A stretch of 64,000 nucleotides of DNA, from NCBI GenBank assembly GCA_963677495.2, contig CAXXOU010000004.1, forward strand, positions 224,001 through 288,000. Reading direction: 5' to 3'. The notes under the pieces were generated by a model. That model had not been told where the DNA came from. It was given only the letters and a program-made list of their open reading frames with translations, and did no database searches. Shown here in pieces: positions 30,862 to 42,700 of the stretch. The stretch is from Candidatus Cloacimonadales bacterium (GTDB lineage Bacteria > Cloacimonadota > Cloacimonadia > Cloacimonadales > JAFGVF01). Each line of letters starts with the position of its first letter. The first letter of the stretch is position 1. Made by a program: the position numbers and the translations under genes.

Positions 30862-32105
30862 TGAAAAAAACAATAATTATTCTATCTATCCTTATGACTA
30901 TCGCACTTTGCTCTGCAACTTCCAGGTCAAATGGATTTGCAGGTAGTTTTATGATGCGAGCAAATACAACTGATGCAATCTTCTGGAACCCAGCCAATTT
31001 AGTAGATGATAAAGCATACATGGAATTGCCATTTACAAATTTCGATTTCGCAGTCTCTAACAATGCATTTACTATAGATACTTATAACTCGGTAGCCGGT
31101 CAAATGATTGATGTAGATTTGAAAGATAAACTGATGAAAGACTTGAATGGTGCGTTAGTACTAAAAGCTAGGGCATCAGTTCAAGAGTTTGCATGGAGTG
31201 ATGGTAAAACCGGACTAGGATTAAGAACGCACTATGCTTTAAACAGCAGATTTTCTGAAGAGTATATAAGACTAGCACTATACGGTAACACTCAGAATTA
31301 TTATGAGTTTGATGAAAAAAACAATAATATTGATATGTTAAGCTATATGGATCTTGCTTGGAGTTATGGTGGCTTATCAATGCCATATGTTAATGACTAT
31401 TTTCCTGCGACTTGGGGGGTTACACTAAGTACTCTGATCGGAATCAATAGTGTCGAAACCAAAGAGTATTCTGGGCATTTTTCTAATGGATTAGAAGGTG
31501 ATGAGATTAATGGTGCAGATTTTGTTCAAGACATTACTCTGATTTCAAGTACAGGTGGGATCGGATATAAAGGATTACTAGGTTTAGCACTTGAGCCAGT
31601 GGAAAATCTTAACTTAGGTATGACTTTTGATAACCTTTTTGCTAAGATATACTGGGAACTGGATAATCAAGAAATTCATTATATAGTCCATGCAGATTCG
31701 ATATTTATCTTGGATTTAGACGAGGATTTTTATAGTGAAGAACAAACAAATATGCAGATAAGTAAGCGTTCAACAAAGCTTCCTTTTGAATTCGCTTTAG
31801 GTTCAAAGTATAGTTACAAAAAAAGTTCTCTTTCCATGGATTATAGACAGGCTACTAAGAGTTCTGCATTTACTTCTGATAAACCTGATATATCACTAGG
31901 ATTTGAAACTATGTGGGCAGCAATGCCTATACAGCTTGGTATTAGATTTGGTAACAGTACAGTTCCAATGATTTTTGCATGGGGCTTAGGTTATAGATCC
32001 GATACATTAGAATTTGGAATTAACATCCAATCTTATGATAGCTTTATTCCGGGAGATGATTCTAAGGGTACTGCCATAGGAATTCATTGGAGAACAAGGA
32101 TTTAA
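30861..32105 (+). CDS. Probable outer-membrane beta-barrel (DUF5723/TraF-like)
   Basis: Signal peptide, IFWNPANL motif, amphipathic strands. Confidence 0.6.
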   Translation: MKKTIIILSILMTIALCSATSRSNGFAGSFMMRANTTDAIFWNPANLVDDKAYMELPFTNFDFAVSNNAFTIDTYNSVAGQMIDVDLKDKLMKDLNGALVLKARASVQEFAWSDGKTGLGLRTHYALNSRFSEEYIRLALYGNTQNYYEFDEKNNNIDMLSYMDLAWSYGGLSMPYVNDYFPATWGVTLSTLIGINSVETKEYSGHFSNGLEGDEINGADFVQDITLISSTGGIGYKGLLGLALEPVENLNLGMTFDNLFAKIYWELDNQEIHYIVHADSIFILDLDEDFYSEEQTNMQISKRSTKLPFEFALGSKYSYKKSSLSMDYRQATKSSAFTSDKPDISLGFETMWAAMPIQLGIRFGNSTVPMIFAWGLGYRSDTLEFGINIQSYDSFIPGDDSKGTAIGIHWRTRI

Positions 32106-34084
32106 TGATATATAGTATTTTTATCCTTATTGCCCTGTTTATTAGCTGGATCTATTATCGTAAAACAACACCTGAGTTATCATTAAGAGAAAAGTTAGTA
32201 TATATTGCATTTAGAACAATTGCTTTATCTGTAATTTTATTGTACTTGTTTAACCCAATTTATACTTACTCTAAAAGATTCCTTCAAGCTGATCATGTGG
32301 TAATTTTAAATGATATCTCAGATAGTATGGATGCTGAATTGAATGATTACTCAAAGAACAGTATTATTGCCCATGAATTGGAAAAATTAGAAAGAGCATT
32401 AGAAGAGAAGAGTTATGAAGTAACTACATTATCATTCGCAAATGGTATTGATGGAGCTCCGAATAGTACTTCAATTTCAAAAACTTTAGATGATCTGAAT
32501 TCTAGAGTTGATTTGAATAAGGTGAAAGAGCTTTATCTTTTCTCTGATGGATGGTTCCAGGATAACAACTACAACGATATTATAATCTTGAATAAACCTA
32601 TCAATTCCTATATTTATGAATATACTGAGCAAGTTGACTCACTTAAGATAGTTTCAATTGATTATAACGATACATGCTTCCTTAACGAAACATCTCCCTT
32701 TGAAATAAACATTGAAAGCAGTGTAAAGACTAAGGCAAACTGTTCAATGCTAGTTGATGGTGTTGTTGTTAGTGCAAAGGAAGTAGATGTCAAAGCAGAC
32801 CAATTAGTTTCAATAGAATTTGAATATAAATTCCATAATTTAGGTATACAAACGATCGATTTTGTTGTAAGTAAAGAAGGTACTGAAGAGCTCCATGCTG
32901 ATGCTACAGTTAGAGTGATTAAAGCTAAAGATAAAGTAATGTTGGTAAGTGATGCACTAAATTGGGAAACAAAACAAATAAAAGATGCTCTAAAAAATAA
33001 TGCCAGATTCTCGATAGAAGTACTCCAGGCAAAGCACAAAAGATTATATTCTGGAAATCAGTTAATAAGAGATGAAGTGAAACTGTCTGATTATTCGCTT
33101 ATGATTCTCGTGAATAACGGAAACCTGAAATTGAGCAATGGAACAATACAAATTCTTACTAATAGACTCATTGCCGGGTCGAGTATCATATTAATAGGTG
33201 AACCTGTTAAAGGCCTTGAGCAAATTCAAGCTATGAAGAGTTCTCAAATGTCTAGAATGTTTGAGGGTACTTTGAACCTAACAAGTATTGGAAAAAGTTA
33301 TTCAGTTTTTTCCAACTTTCAAGCACAAAAAAGGAACATACCACCGGTTAAGTACAAGTATTACAGTTTAGAGCATGGAAGTGAAATCCTAGCAACATTT
33401 GATAATCAGGATTTGTCTCCTGCAATATCATTAAAAAAGTCAGGAACCGGCTTATTTCTTCATTTTGGACTCCAGAATCTATGGAAGTGGAGCTTGTGGG
33501 ATGAAGAAAACAGTTATGGAAAAACAATTGAGAACTTGGCCAATTGGTTAAGCAATAATCAAGATAAAAAAATGCTTCTCTCTGCCTCTAAACCGTCTTA
33601 TCTTTATGGGGAAAAAGTAGAGCTACAGTTCCAGGCATTTGATGAAAAGTTGGAGAGGATTTATGGTTTAAACCCTCTGCTTAAAATTGTTAACTCTGAA
33701 GGTAGTAACATAGATAAAAACTATATGATTGAAGATGATGACTTATACAGTGCAACTGTCGAAAATCTTAAACCGGGTGTATATTCAGCAATAGCATCAA
33801 TTCCCAATATGCAAACGGAGCTGAAGGAAGAGTTTATTGTTAAAGATACCGGTGTGGAGTCTATGAATCTTGGTTTCAATCTTGAGAATCTTAAGTATAT
33901 AAGTGCTATAACACGTGGAGCTAGTTTCACTGATGTGACAGATGTACCTATAGTGAAAGCTAAAACTGAGCGTATCGCAAAAGAGTTCGAAATACATTTA
34001 TATAAGAAAGTATGGTTGCTAGTTATATTTCTTATTGCATTTTCAGTTGAATTGCTTCTGAGGAGAAGAAAAGGATTAATTTAA
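32105..34084 (+). CDS. Membrane-anchored protein with vWA-like and glutamine-amidotransferase-like regions
   Basis: N- and C-terminal TM helices, NDISDSM / LFSDG MIDAS-like motif, ELLLRRRKG terminus. Confidence 0.65.
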   Translation: MIYSIFILIALFISWIYYRKTTPELSLREKLVYIAFRTIALSVILLYLFNPIYTYSKRFLQADHVVILNDISDSMDAELNDYSKNSIIAHELEKLERALEEKSYEVTTLSFANGIDGAPNSTSISKTLDDLNSRVDLNKVKELYLFSDGWFQDNNYNDIIILNKPINSYIYEYTEQVDSLKIVSIDYNDTCFLNETSPFEINIESSVKTKANCSMLVDGVVVSAKEVDVKADQLVSIEFEYKFHNLGIQTIDFVVSKEGTEELHADATVRVIKAKDKVMLVSDALNWETKQIKDALKNNARFSIEVLQAKHKRLYSGNQLIRDEVKLSDYSLMILVNNGNLKLSNGTIQILTNRLIAGSSIILIGEPVKGLEQIQAMKSSQMSRMFEGTLNLTSIGKSYSVFSNFQAQKRNIPPVKYKYYSLEHGSEILATFDNQDLSPAISLKKSGTGLFLHFGLQNLWKWSLWDEENSYGKTIENLANWLSNNQDKKMLLSASKPSYLYGEKVELQFQAFDEKLERIYGLNPLLKIVNSEGSNIDKNYMIEDDDLYSATVENLKPGVYSAIASIPNMQTELKEEFIVKDTGVESMNLGFNLENLKYISAITRGASFTDVTDVPIVKAKTERIAKEFEIHLYKKVWLLVIFLIAFSVELLLRRRKGLI

Positions 34085-34150
34085 AACAAGTATATACGTA
34101 GACACAAAAAAACAAGCCTGGGTTGCTAGGCTTGTTTGCATTTTATAAAA

Positions 34151-34960
34151 CTAGTTTTCTTTGTGAACTACTAATTGTGGATAAGGAATCTCAATATCAT
34201 TCTTATCACAAGCTTCTTTTACCTGTTCTAATAGATCGAAATGAACATCCCAATAATCTGCAGCATTTACCCAGACTCTGCAAGCAAAATCCAAAGAGCT
34301 GGCATTGTGTACTGCCAGTCTTACGAAAGGTGCGGGATCTTTCTTAACTTTTGGATGAGCCATAGCCACGTCCATGATAACTTTTTTAACTTTTTCTATA
34401 TCATTATTGTATGAAGCTGAGAATGCGAAATCTACACGCCTTTCAGGTGACGTAGAAAAATTTGTAATTGGGGCGTTTGCTAAAGCACCATTAGGAATAA
34501 TAATAGTCTTTTTATCAACGGTTTCTAGTGTAGTGAATAGAATTGCCAATCCTTTTACTGTACCATCCATTCCATTGGCACTAATATAATCGCCAACTTT
34601 AAACGGTTTCAGAACTAATAACAAAATACCACCTGCAAAATTTGCTAGACTGCCTTGAAGAGCTAAGCCAATAGCAAGACCGGCAGCACCAAGTATTGCT
34701 ACTAATGATGACATCTGTACACCAAGCATAGTGCCTACAATAATCAGGAGAACAAGTTTTAACATGAACCTTATCAAGGAAGTCATGAAATCAGCTACTG
34801 TAGCCTCAGTTTGTTTTTTCTTGAACCCTTTGTTTACTAGGTTAAGAATGATTTTTACAACAATTGCACCAATGATCCAAACAGCAAGTGCACCTGCAAG
34901 TTTAACTGAATATGTAGAAATAAACGGAATAATGGTTTCTTTTACCATTTCTAGTGACAT
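34151..34960 (-). CDS. mscS: Small-conductance mechanosensitive channel
   Basis: GLAIGLALQGSLANFAGG, PFKVGD, IEIPYPQ. Confidence 0.95.
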   Translation of the reverse strand: MSLEMVKETIIPFISTYSVKLAGALAVWIIGAIVVKIILNLVNKGFKKKQTEATVADFMTSLIRFMLKLVLLIIVGTMLGVQMSSLVAILGAAGLAIGLALQGSLANFAGGILLLVLKPFKVGDYISANGMDGTVKGLAILFTTLETVDKKTIIIPNGALANAPITNFSTSPERRVDFAFSASYNNDIEKVKKVIMDVAMAHPKVKKDPAPFVRLAVHNASSLDFACRVWVNAADYWDVHFDLLEQVKEACDKNDIEIPYPQLVVHKEN

Positions 34961-35042
34961 AATATTTACCTCCAGAATTATACTACAGTAAATAATACAG
35001 TAAGATTAGTGTAAAGCAAATATTAATTGGGGAAGGTAAAAA

Positions 35043-35119
35043 TGGGGTGGCTGACGGGACTTGAACCCGCGACAACATGAGCCACAATCATGTACTCTGC
35101 CAGCTGAGCTACAGCCACC
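35043..35119 (-). tRNA. tRNA-His(GTG)
   Basis: Cloverleaf with G-1, anticodon GTG, encoded CCA. Confidence 0.95.
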
Positions 35120-35134
35120 ATATGATAGAAAAAA

Positions 35135-35211
<77 letters not shown>

Positions 35212-35261
35212 GCATTCTTGTATATAAAATGTGCTTATCTTACGATAAGCAGTTAAATTCT

Positions 35262-35338
35262 TGGTAGCGGCGCAGGGACTTGAACCCCGGACACTCGGAT
35301 TATGATTCCGATGCTCTAACCAACTGAGCTACGCCGCC
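35262..35338 (-). tRNA. tRNA-Met(CAT), elongator type
   Basis: TCGGA-ATCATAA-TCCGA anticodon arm, paired 1:72 (Ile2 not excluded). Confidence 0.9.
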
Positions 35339-35339
35339 A

Positions 35340-35416
35340 TGGTAGCGAGGGGAGGATTTGAACCTCCGGCCTTTGGGTTATGAGCCCAACGAGCTACCTA
35401 ACTGCTCCACCTCGCG
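35340..35416 (-). tRNA. Initiator tRNA-fMet(CAT)
   Basis: C1:A72 mismatch, three G-C pairs in the anticodon stem. Confidence 0.95.
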
Positions 35417-35479
35417 TCAACGTATAAGCACTTTTTTAAATCGAACTCACTCCGTCAAGCAAAATTAATCAAATTATTA

Positions 35480-35983
35480 CTATTTCTTTAAGAGCTCTTC
35501 TAAATGCTCAATATACTTTGTAGGGCCACCTTGTTGGTAACCTGTTTGAGCTAGTGTAGTTCCATCATGACTTACTAGCATGATTGTTGGAAATCCACGT
35601 ACTCCATATTTCTTCATTAGCATTTGATTTTGAGCCTTCAGCTCATCGGGTTGCGGTACACTTTTCGGAAAATCTGCTTTGAAAAGAACAAAATTCTTCT
35701 CTGCATATTCAATGAATTCAGGTTGAGCAAACACTTCATCATGAAGTTTGAAGCACCAACCACACCAGTCTGATCCTGTGAAATTAATTAAGATTGGTAG
35801 ATCCTTCTCTTTTGCAAGTGACAAACTTGCTTCAAAGTCCTCTGACCATTCTAGTCCAGAAGCCTCTATACCTGCTTTATCCACTTTAGGAACTTCGCTC
35901 TGAGTGCAACCAATGTTTAATACAATTCCAAAAAGGATCAGAGTTATGTAGATTAATCTATACTTATTCAACTTTATCTCCAT
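35480..35983 (-). CDS. Exported thioredoxin-family protein
   Basis: FTGSDWCGWC, GFPT, lipobox-like IGC. Confidence 0.9.
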   Translation of the reverse strand: MEIKLNKYRLIYITLILFGIVLNIGCTQSEVPKVDKAGIEASGLEWSEDFEASLSLAKEKDLPILINFTGSDWCGWCFKLHDEVFAQPEFIEYAEKNFVLFKADFPKSVPQPDELKAQNQMLMKKYGVRGFPTIMLVSHDGTTLAQTGYQQGGPTKYIEHLEELLKK

Positions 35984-36383
35984 TTAAGTATACTTCAAAA
36001 GAGATCTCCGAGCTTTCTCTAAGCATAGCAGATACTCCACAATACTTTGTTGCAGAGAGTTCTACTGCACGCTTTAGTTTATACTCACTCAGATTTTCTC
36101 CACTGAATTGATACTTTATCTTTATCGCACTATATATCTTTGGATGTTTATCTGAATTCTCAGCATCAACTTCCAGCTTAAATTCGAAATCATTGTAACC
36201 ATAATTATTCAATATATAAACGACATCCATACCTGTACAACCGGCTAAAGCAGATAGCAATAACGGTTTAGGCGATGGACCTGCACCTTGCTTTTCGGGT
36301 TTATTAGAGTCCATGACAAGTGTATGGCCCCCTTGGACGGATTCAAACTTGAAACCGCCCTTCCAGGTCACTTCTGTTTTCAT
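35964..36383 (-). CDS. OsmC-family protein
   Basis: GPSPKPLLLSALAGCTGMD, KYCGV. Confidence 0.9.
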   Translation of the reverse strand: MKTEVTWKGGFKFESVQGGHTLVMDSNKPEKQGAGPSPKPLLLSALAGCTGMDVVYILNNYGYNDFEFKLEVDAENSDKHPKIYSAIKIKYQFSGENLSEYKLKRAVELSATKYCGVSAMLRESSEISFEVYLNGDKVE

Positions 36384-36384
36384 A

Positions 36385-36840
36385 TTACTTTTTCTTTTTA
36401 TGATCGGATATAATCACTTCATAAGTCTTTATGAACTTGTTGAGACTACTATATATTTCATCTCTATCCTTTGCTTCAAGCTGATCATAAATCTTGCGCT
36501 GATGTGCAAAAATCTTTTTAGTACATTCTGTAGCAAGGCTTTGGCCGCCTTCAGTTACGACAGCGTACCATCTTCTTCTGTCTTCTTCAGAATGCTTTCT
36601 TAAAGCAAAACCTTTAAGAACTAAGTTGTCCATAATTCTTGTTACTCTACTGTGTGACACATTCAAAGCTTTTGCTAACTGGTTCATGCTAACAGGCTTG
36701 TTTTGTGTGAAAAGGTATTGTAACATATTACATTCCATTTTACCAATATTCATTGATGATTTATGGAGTGAATCACGTTCGTACAGTATCTTCTGCATTC
36801 TGTTGGTAAGGGCTATGAATTCCTCTACTGAGTATTTCAT
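36385..36840 (-). CDS. MarR-family regulator
   Basis: Winged HTH, EDRR wing motif. Confidence 0.9.
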   Translation of the reverse strand: MKYSVEEFIALTNRMQKILYERDSLHKSSMNIGKMECNMLQYLFTQNKPVSMNQLAKALNVSHSRVTRIMDNLVLKGFALRKHSEEDRRRWYAVVTEGGQSLATECTKKIFAHQRKIYDQLEAKDRDEIYSSLNKFIKTYEVIISDHKKKK

Positions 36841-37114
36841 TTTAACCTCCTATGGTTAATTATTTTTCTTGGGTTCGATTTTTCACTTATGACTATATTC
36901 GAGATAACATTTATAATATAACAAATCTAATGACACTCGCAACAAAATTTATTTCTATATAAGGTTTATTAAGAATTCATATATATGTACAATATACTCT
37001 TGGATTAACTGCAAGCTTTTTTCTTTGATACCAATACATTAGATTTCAAAGGCTATGCCATTAATTTCCTTATTGCCACGTAAAACAAATTATGAATCTT
37101 ATTCAACAAGTCAA

Positions 37115-37876
37115 CTAAAAAGTTATTCCGCTTTCACCTTTACTACTTCCGCCACTCCGTGGAGCATGCTTTAGAATGCTGTCTGCTAAGCGTGAAAATG
37201 GTAGTGATTGAAGATAAACATATCCATGGCCTTGTAAGGTTGTTAAAAACATACCTTCACCACCAAACAACATGGATTTTAAACCACCAGACATCTCTAT
37301 GTCGTAGTTTACGCCTTCCGAGAAGGCAACTAGACAGCCGGTATCAACTCTTAGTTTTCCACCTTTGAGCTCTTTTCGCACTATTGTCCCCCCGGCATGT
37401 AGGAAAACCAGCCCATCACCACTTATCTTTTGAAGGATGAATCCCTCTCCACCAAAAAAGCCGGTACCAACTCGTTTTGTGAATGCGATATCTATCTTTG
37501 TACCAAATGCTGAGCATAAATATGCATCTTTTTGGCAAAACAATACGTTGCCTGTTTCTGCTAAATCGACTGGTATGATTTTACCGGGATATGGGGCTGC
37601 AAAAGCTACTTTTTGAACTGAGTTAACAGAATTAGTAAAGTGAGTAAGGAAGAGAGATTCTCCACTCAAAGCTCGTTTTGCACTTTGAAATAGCTTCCCT
37701 GCTAATCCACCTGCCACTTCAGAACCATCACCAAGTTTAGACTCAAATGTAATTCCATTATCCATCCAGTTCATAACACCTGCTTCAGCCACAATCGTCT
37801 CTTGAGGATCAAGACTGATCTCTACAACCTGCATATCATCACCAATTATCTCATATTCTACTTCATGTGAACGCAC
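37115..37876 (-). CDS. TIGR00266/AIM24-family protein
   Basis: [32 protein letters not shown]. Confidence 0.9.
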   Translation of the reverse strand: MRSHEVEYEIIGDDMQVVEISLDPQETIVAEAGVMNWMDNGITFESKLGDGSEVAGGLAGKLFQSAKRALSGESLFLTHFTNSVNSVQKVAFAAPYPGKIIPVDLAETGNVLFCQKDAYLCSAFGTKIDIAFTKRVGTGFFGGEGFILQKISGDGLVFLHAGGTIVRKELKGGKLRVDTGCLVAFSEGVNYDIEMSGGLKSMLFGGEGMFLTTLQGHGYVYLQSLPFSRLADSILKHAPRSGGSSKGESGITF

Positions 37877-37887
37877 AACTCTCTCCT

Positions 37888-38958
37888 TTACCGGCTTAGT
37901 TTCTGAAACTTAACTCTTATCGCTCCATTTTTTATGGAGAATAGCTCTTTACTCTGTTTGAAGCTCCTTGGATGGATTACATATACATCATTTGTTTTTG
38001 CCATCTTAACAAGGCTTTTTAGTGATTCTGTTCCATTGATTCTAACACCATAAGGTGGATTAGTTACAATTAACTTGTTATGCAATTCACTATATTGCTT
38101 GATATCCTTTACTTGCCAGTCGATAATGTCTTCTACATTAGCTTGTTTGGCATTGTGTCTGGCAGTTTCGATAGCTTTTTCATCAATGTCTGAACCCGTT
38201 ATTACAAAATTTGGAGCATCAATTATCTCCTCATTCAAACTGTTAATTGTACTTTGAAATCTATCCCTTTGAAACGTAGGCCAATCCTGAAAAGCATATT
38301 TCCTAAAATTGGACATTGGTAATCTCTTTGCCATCACAGCCATTTCTATTGGTATTGTCCCGGATCCACAAAGTGGATCTAGTAAAGTTTTAGATACAGG
38401 AGATACAGTGCTAAGCATAGCTGCAGCTATCGTCTCACGAAGAGGAGCTTTCTCCCGCCAGTCCATATATCCTCGTTTATGCAAATGTTCTCCACTACTA
38501 TCTACACTTATTGAAAACTTGTTCCTATATGCGTTGACAACTATTAGTTGAGAGTTCTCTTTCTGTGGGACAGAATCAACTTCTATCTCTCTGTTTGCCC
38601 ACTTGTTGAGGGATGATATAACTGTGAGCCCTATCGCTTTTTCATGATAAAGCTTTGAATCTACAGAGTTTACATGCAAACAGATGTTTTGTCTTTCAAG
38701 AATTTGATTCCAATCCAATTTGATAAATTTAGCTTCTAACTCCTGAAATGTAGTAGCAGTAAAGATATCAAATCTAACTAGAAATCTTGAGAATACTCTG
38801 CATTTAAGATTGCATAGAATCAATAGTGATTGATGTCCTACGAACTCAATTCCGCCCTTCATCCGGACGTAGTTCTTCACACCTAAGTCGCGTAATTCTT
38901 TTTCTGCAATATGTTCCAATCCCGGCAATACTACGCCGAATATTTTGTAAGGTTTCAT
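37888..38958 (-). CDS. THUMP-domain rRNA methyltransferase (RlmL-like)
   Basis: [29 protein letters not shown]. Confidence 0.9.
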   Translation of the reverse strand: MKPYKIFGVVLPGLEHIAEKELRDLGVKNYVRMKGGIEFVGHQSLLILCNLKCRVFSRFLVRFDIFTATTFQELEAKFIKLDWNQILERQNICLHVNSVDSKLYHEKAIGLTVISSLNKWANREIEVDSVPQKENSQLIVVNAYRNKFSISVDSSGEHLHKRGYMDWREKAPLRETIAAAMLSTVSPVSKTLLDPLCGSGTIPIEMAVMAKRLPMSNFRKYAFQDWPTFQRDRFQSTINSLNEEIIDAPNFVITGSDIDEKAIETARHNAKQANVEDIIDWQVKDIKQYSELHNKLIVTNPPYGVRINGTESLKSLVKMAKTNDVYVIHPRSFKQSKELFSIKNGAIRVKFQKLSR

Positions 38959-39185
38959 TGTACTAATGAAAATTTCGATATGAAATTGTGTCAATAAATA
39001 CTTCCCCTAATTTTGTAGGAGTTTTAAATATTCTCAACTTGTGATCGAAGACAGTGCGATTTGCAATGACTTACATCATTGGAGTCATAGCGACCGAAGG
39101 GAGTTGGACTCATAGTGATGTAACCTTGCCACTTCTCGCTATTCGCCCATCTCCCTTCGGTCGCTATTGCGACAGCTTCTGAATG

Positions 39186-39381
39186 CATACACAGTGCCTT
39201 TTGCAATAACTTAGCTATATTCATTGCTCTTTTAGTTCCCTTCCATTGCTCTATCCATCTACGCACTGTACACTCACTGTGATCCCACTGTGAAGGCACT
39301 GCCAACCCACTGTTTCACTGGGTGCACAGTGCGTGCACAGTGGGAAAACAGTGGGATGACTGCGTTTTGGTTAAGAGTTTA
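39186..39381 (+). repeat. 196-bp dispersed repeat, copy 2
   Basis: Colinear with 5580-5775. Confidence 0.9.
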
Positions 39382-39732
39382 GTTAAAGTTTCCATTATCG
39401 CAAGATGACCCAGGAAGAAGTGATTCACAATGAAGCGGGAATCGCTTATTCTGGCATAATCTAAAAGGAGTAATAGATCATACACTTTAACTTAGCTGCT
39501 ATGTCATGCAAATTCCATTATCCAAAGTAAGATTTTTCTCGCTTTATCCATGGGTAAACAACGGTCAAGAATGACACTGGTTATACAGAAAGAGACAAAT
39601 GGATTTGATAATAGTATTGGAATAGTCACAAGAATGTGCAAATAAATAAAAATATGAACTACATAAATATTGATTTACTGTTTGGAATACCAATAGCATA
39701 TTGAACATGAGATTTATTTCTAAGGAGAAAGC

Positions 39733-42700
39733 ATGAGGTTAACTTATATCTTATTTGTTTTGATGCTGATGATGACACAATTTCTTTTTGCAGGTGATAT
39801 ACTTGTAACAAATATTGAAAACAGTGTAGAAGTTTCCTATTCTGGGAAAGATAATAAAGATCTTCTTTTAGAAGTACCAAATACAGGAAGGGTTAATTGT
39901 TCTTGGAATATCACTTTACCTGACGGGACAATATATAAAGGCATGGGAAATAGTCATCATCATTTAATGAGCACACCTGCAATATATAGGGATATAAGAG
40001 TCGTTGCATTAAATCTCTTTGATATGAGCGATATTGAAAGCATTACACTTATGATAAATGCAGATAACTCAACCTTAGGTCTTAATGAAAAGAATGATTC
40101 AAATAACATATCGAAATCCTACAACAGGATTTATAAAGATAACATTACTAACTACACTCCTCAAAGAAACACAATGAAGGACAAGATTCTTTACTACTAT
40201 CCGGCTAATGTGCAAGATTATGTTATTGAACTTGGTAACTGGAAAGAGAGAACCGGATTTGATGTGGTTTATAGACCTTTAAACGATGTTACAAACAATA
40301 CTGCTTGGATTCAAGATTCTATTCAACAGGAGTATGATTCAGATTATCCACCTTCATATGTTGTACTATTCGGTGATGTTGATGGAGACTATAGTATCCC
40401 AACATTTTGGTATGATTACGCTACAGGTAGTGCTGAAGGTGATCACCCATATACATTGCTTGAAGGAGATGATCCAATCGAAGATATTGCTATTGGTAGA
40501 ATCTCTTTTAGTTCAACTAGTGAACTGGCCACAATAATCAATAAAATCATTATGTATGAAGGAATGCAATACGTACCATTAGGTTGGCAAAATAGAGTGT
40601 TACTTGTCAGTGATACTGATGAATCCGGAATAACTACTCTGACAACTAACCAGTATGTGAAAGAGATTATGACTGAATACAATCCTGACTTTGAGTTTAT
40701 TGAGTTAATTGGAACTGACCCAAGTGTTAGCTTAGTTACAGCAAATTTAAACATGGGGATCTCCTATTTCAATTATAGAGGATTTCTTGGTATGAGTGGA
40801 TGGGATGCTTATGAAGCATTCGATCTTTTGAATGGGCCAAGACTCCCAATTGTCAGTACAGTTACGTGTGATACAGGTAGTTTTGGAAATGGATTGAGTA
40901 GAACAGAAGCCTTCTTGCGAGCAGGCACACCACAGTTACCTGCAGGTGCAGTTGCTTCATTTGGTTGCTCAACTGCTGATACTCATACATGCTATAATAA
41001 TTTAGTAGATGCATCATTTTATGAGGGCTTGTTTGTACATGATATGACTACTATCGGTGAAGCTCTTACGTATGCAAAGAATCAACTCTTCACTGTGTAT
41101 GCTAATTCTCAACCGGAGATGCTTGATTATAATTATCAGATATTTAACCTTATGGGGGATCCTACTACAATAGCTCTAAAAGGTAGTCCCAGGCAGTTCA
41201 ATGTGGATATATCTTCCTATGGTGGAGGGAGAACTTTACCTGTTACGATCACCGGACTTGACGGTCAACAGTATTACTATTCAGTATGCTCAGAAGCAGA
41301 GGGGATTATTGCTTCCGGTTATTCAAACGAGGAGAGTTTAACTCTTCCGGTTGGAGCCGATAGTGCAACTGTAAAACTATTAGTATTATCCGACGGATAC
41401 AAGCCGGTTGAGCATGTTGTTAGTGTCGGAAATGGAGCTACTTTCTTATTTCACAATACTGTAGTTGCCTATGGAGATATAGAAACCGACCTGCTATATC
41501 CTAATATTGAAGCATCAATTGATATAGAATGTTCTGCAAACAATCTGGAATATGGTATCTTTCAAGCTGAATATGAGCTTATTAACAATAAAGGTGAGAT
41601 TATTCATTCAGGACAAACTGAATTTATCAATAATGATATAGCTTGTCATCTAAACAACTATCTGTCTTTACCGGCTTTTAGTAAGCAACAGCTTACTGAT
41701 AGATTACTGATAAGGTGTTCTGTTGAATGCTATGGGAATCCTACTTTTGATGCTGAAATAGATGTCTTTACCGGAAGTATAAACATATCACATAGATTTG
41801 ATAACACAAATGGAATAGAAGCAATCTTAGGTGAAACAACAAGATTAGTGATTGATATGGGAAATCCTACTCCAAATGACTTCACGGTTGATTGGCTCAG
41901 CTCTGGTAATGAGGGGCTTCAGTACATTAATACTAATGTCATTGATGCAGATACATGTACTCAGTACTATAATTTCCATTGTGAAGCTTCCTTAGAACCT
42001 AATATGGTTCATTACATACCTATAACATTACAGGCAACTCAATACAATGGGATTCAGTTTAGTTGGACGGAGTATATTGAGTTTCCGGTGATTTACCGAG
42101 AGAATACATCATATTTTGACAATACAGGTCAATACTCAATATATACATCTGTAATGCAAAATGCACCTGAGTTGATAAATACAGAATGGGTTGAGCTAAA
42201 CCCTCAGTTAGGAGGAGCTGGAATAAATACCGGGATTGTCGATGAAATCAGAGAAGGAGACCAAACTGTAACATTAGATTTGCCATTTGCTTTTAGCTGG
42301 TATGGAGAGGAGTTTGATACAATCTCAATCTGTTCCAATGGTTGGATTTCTATGGGCGAAACTCCGCAAATTACATATAGGAATTGGAGATTCCCGGGAC
42401 CATTAGGACCAGCAAATATGATAGCTCCTTTCTGGGATGATTTGATTACTACCGATGGAGGAGTGTTCACTTATTATGATCCAACTAATGAAAGGTTCAT
42501 CGTTGAATGGGATTGCAAAGCAAGGTTCGATGATACGATAGAAAGGTTTCAGATGCAGATGTTTACAAGTGGGGAAGTACTTTTTATTTATGATGATGTA
42601 ACCGCTGTAGATGATACTTATCAATATAGACACGGTTCCTACTTCACTACCGGTTTCGAAGGAGCTAATTCAACTCAAGGATTTGAGTATGTTTTTGGAA

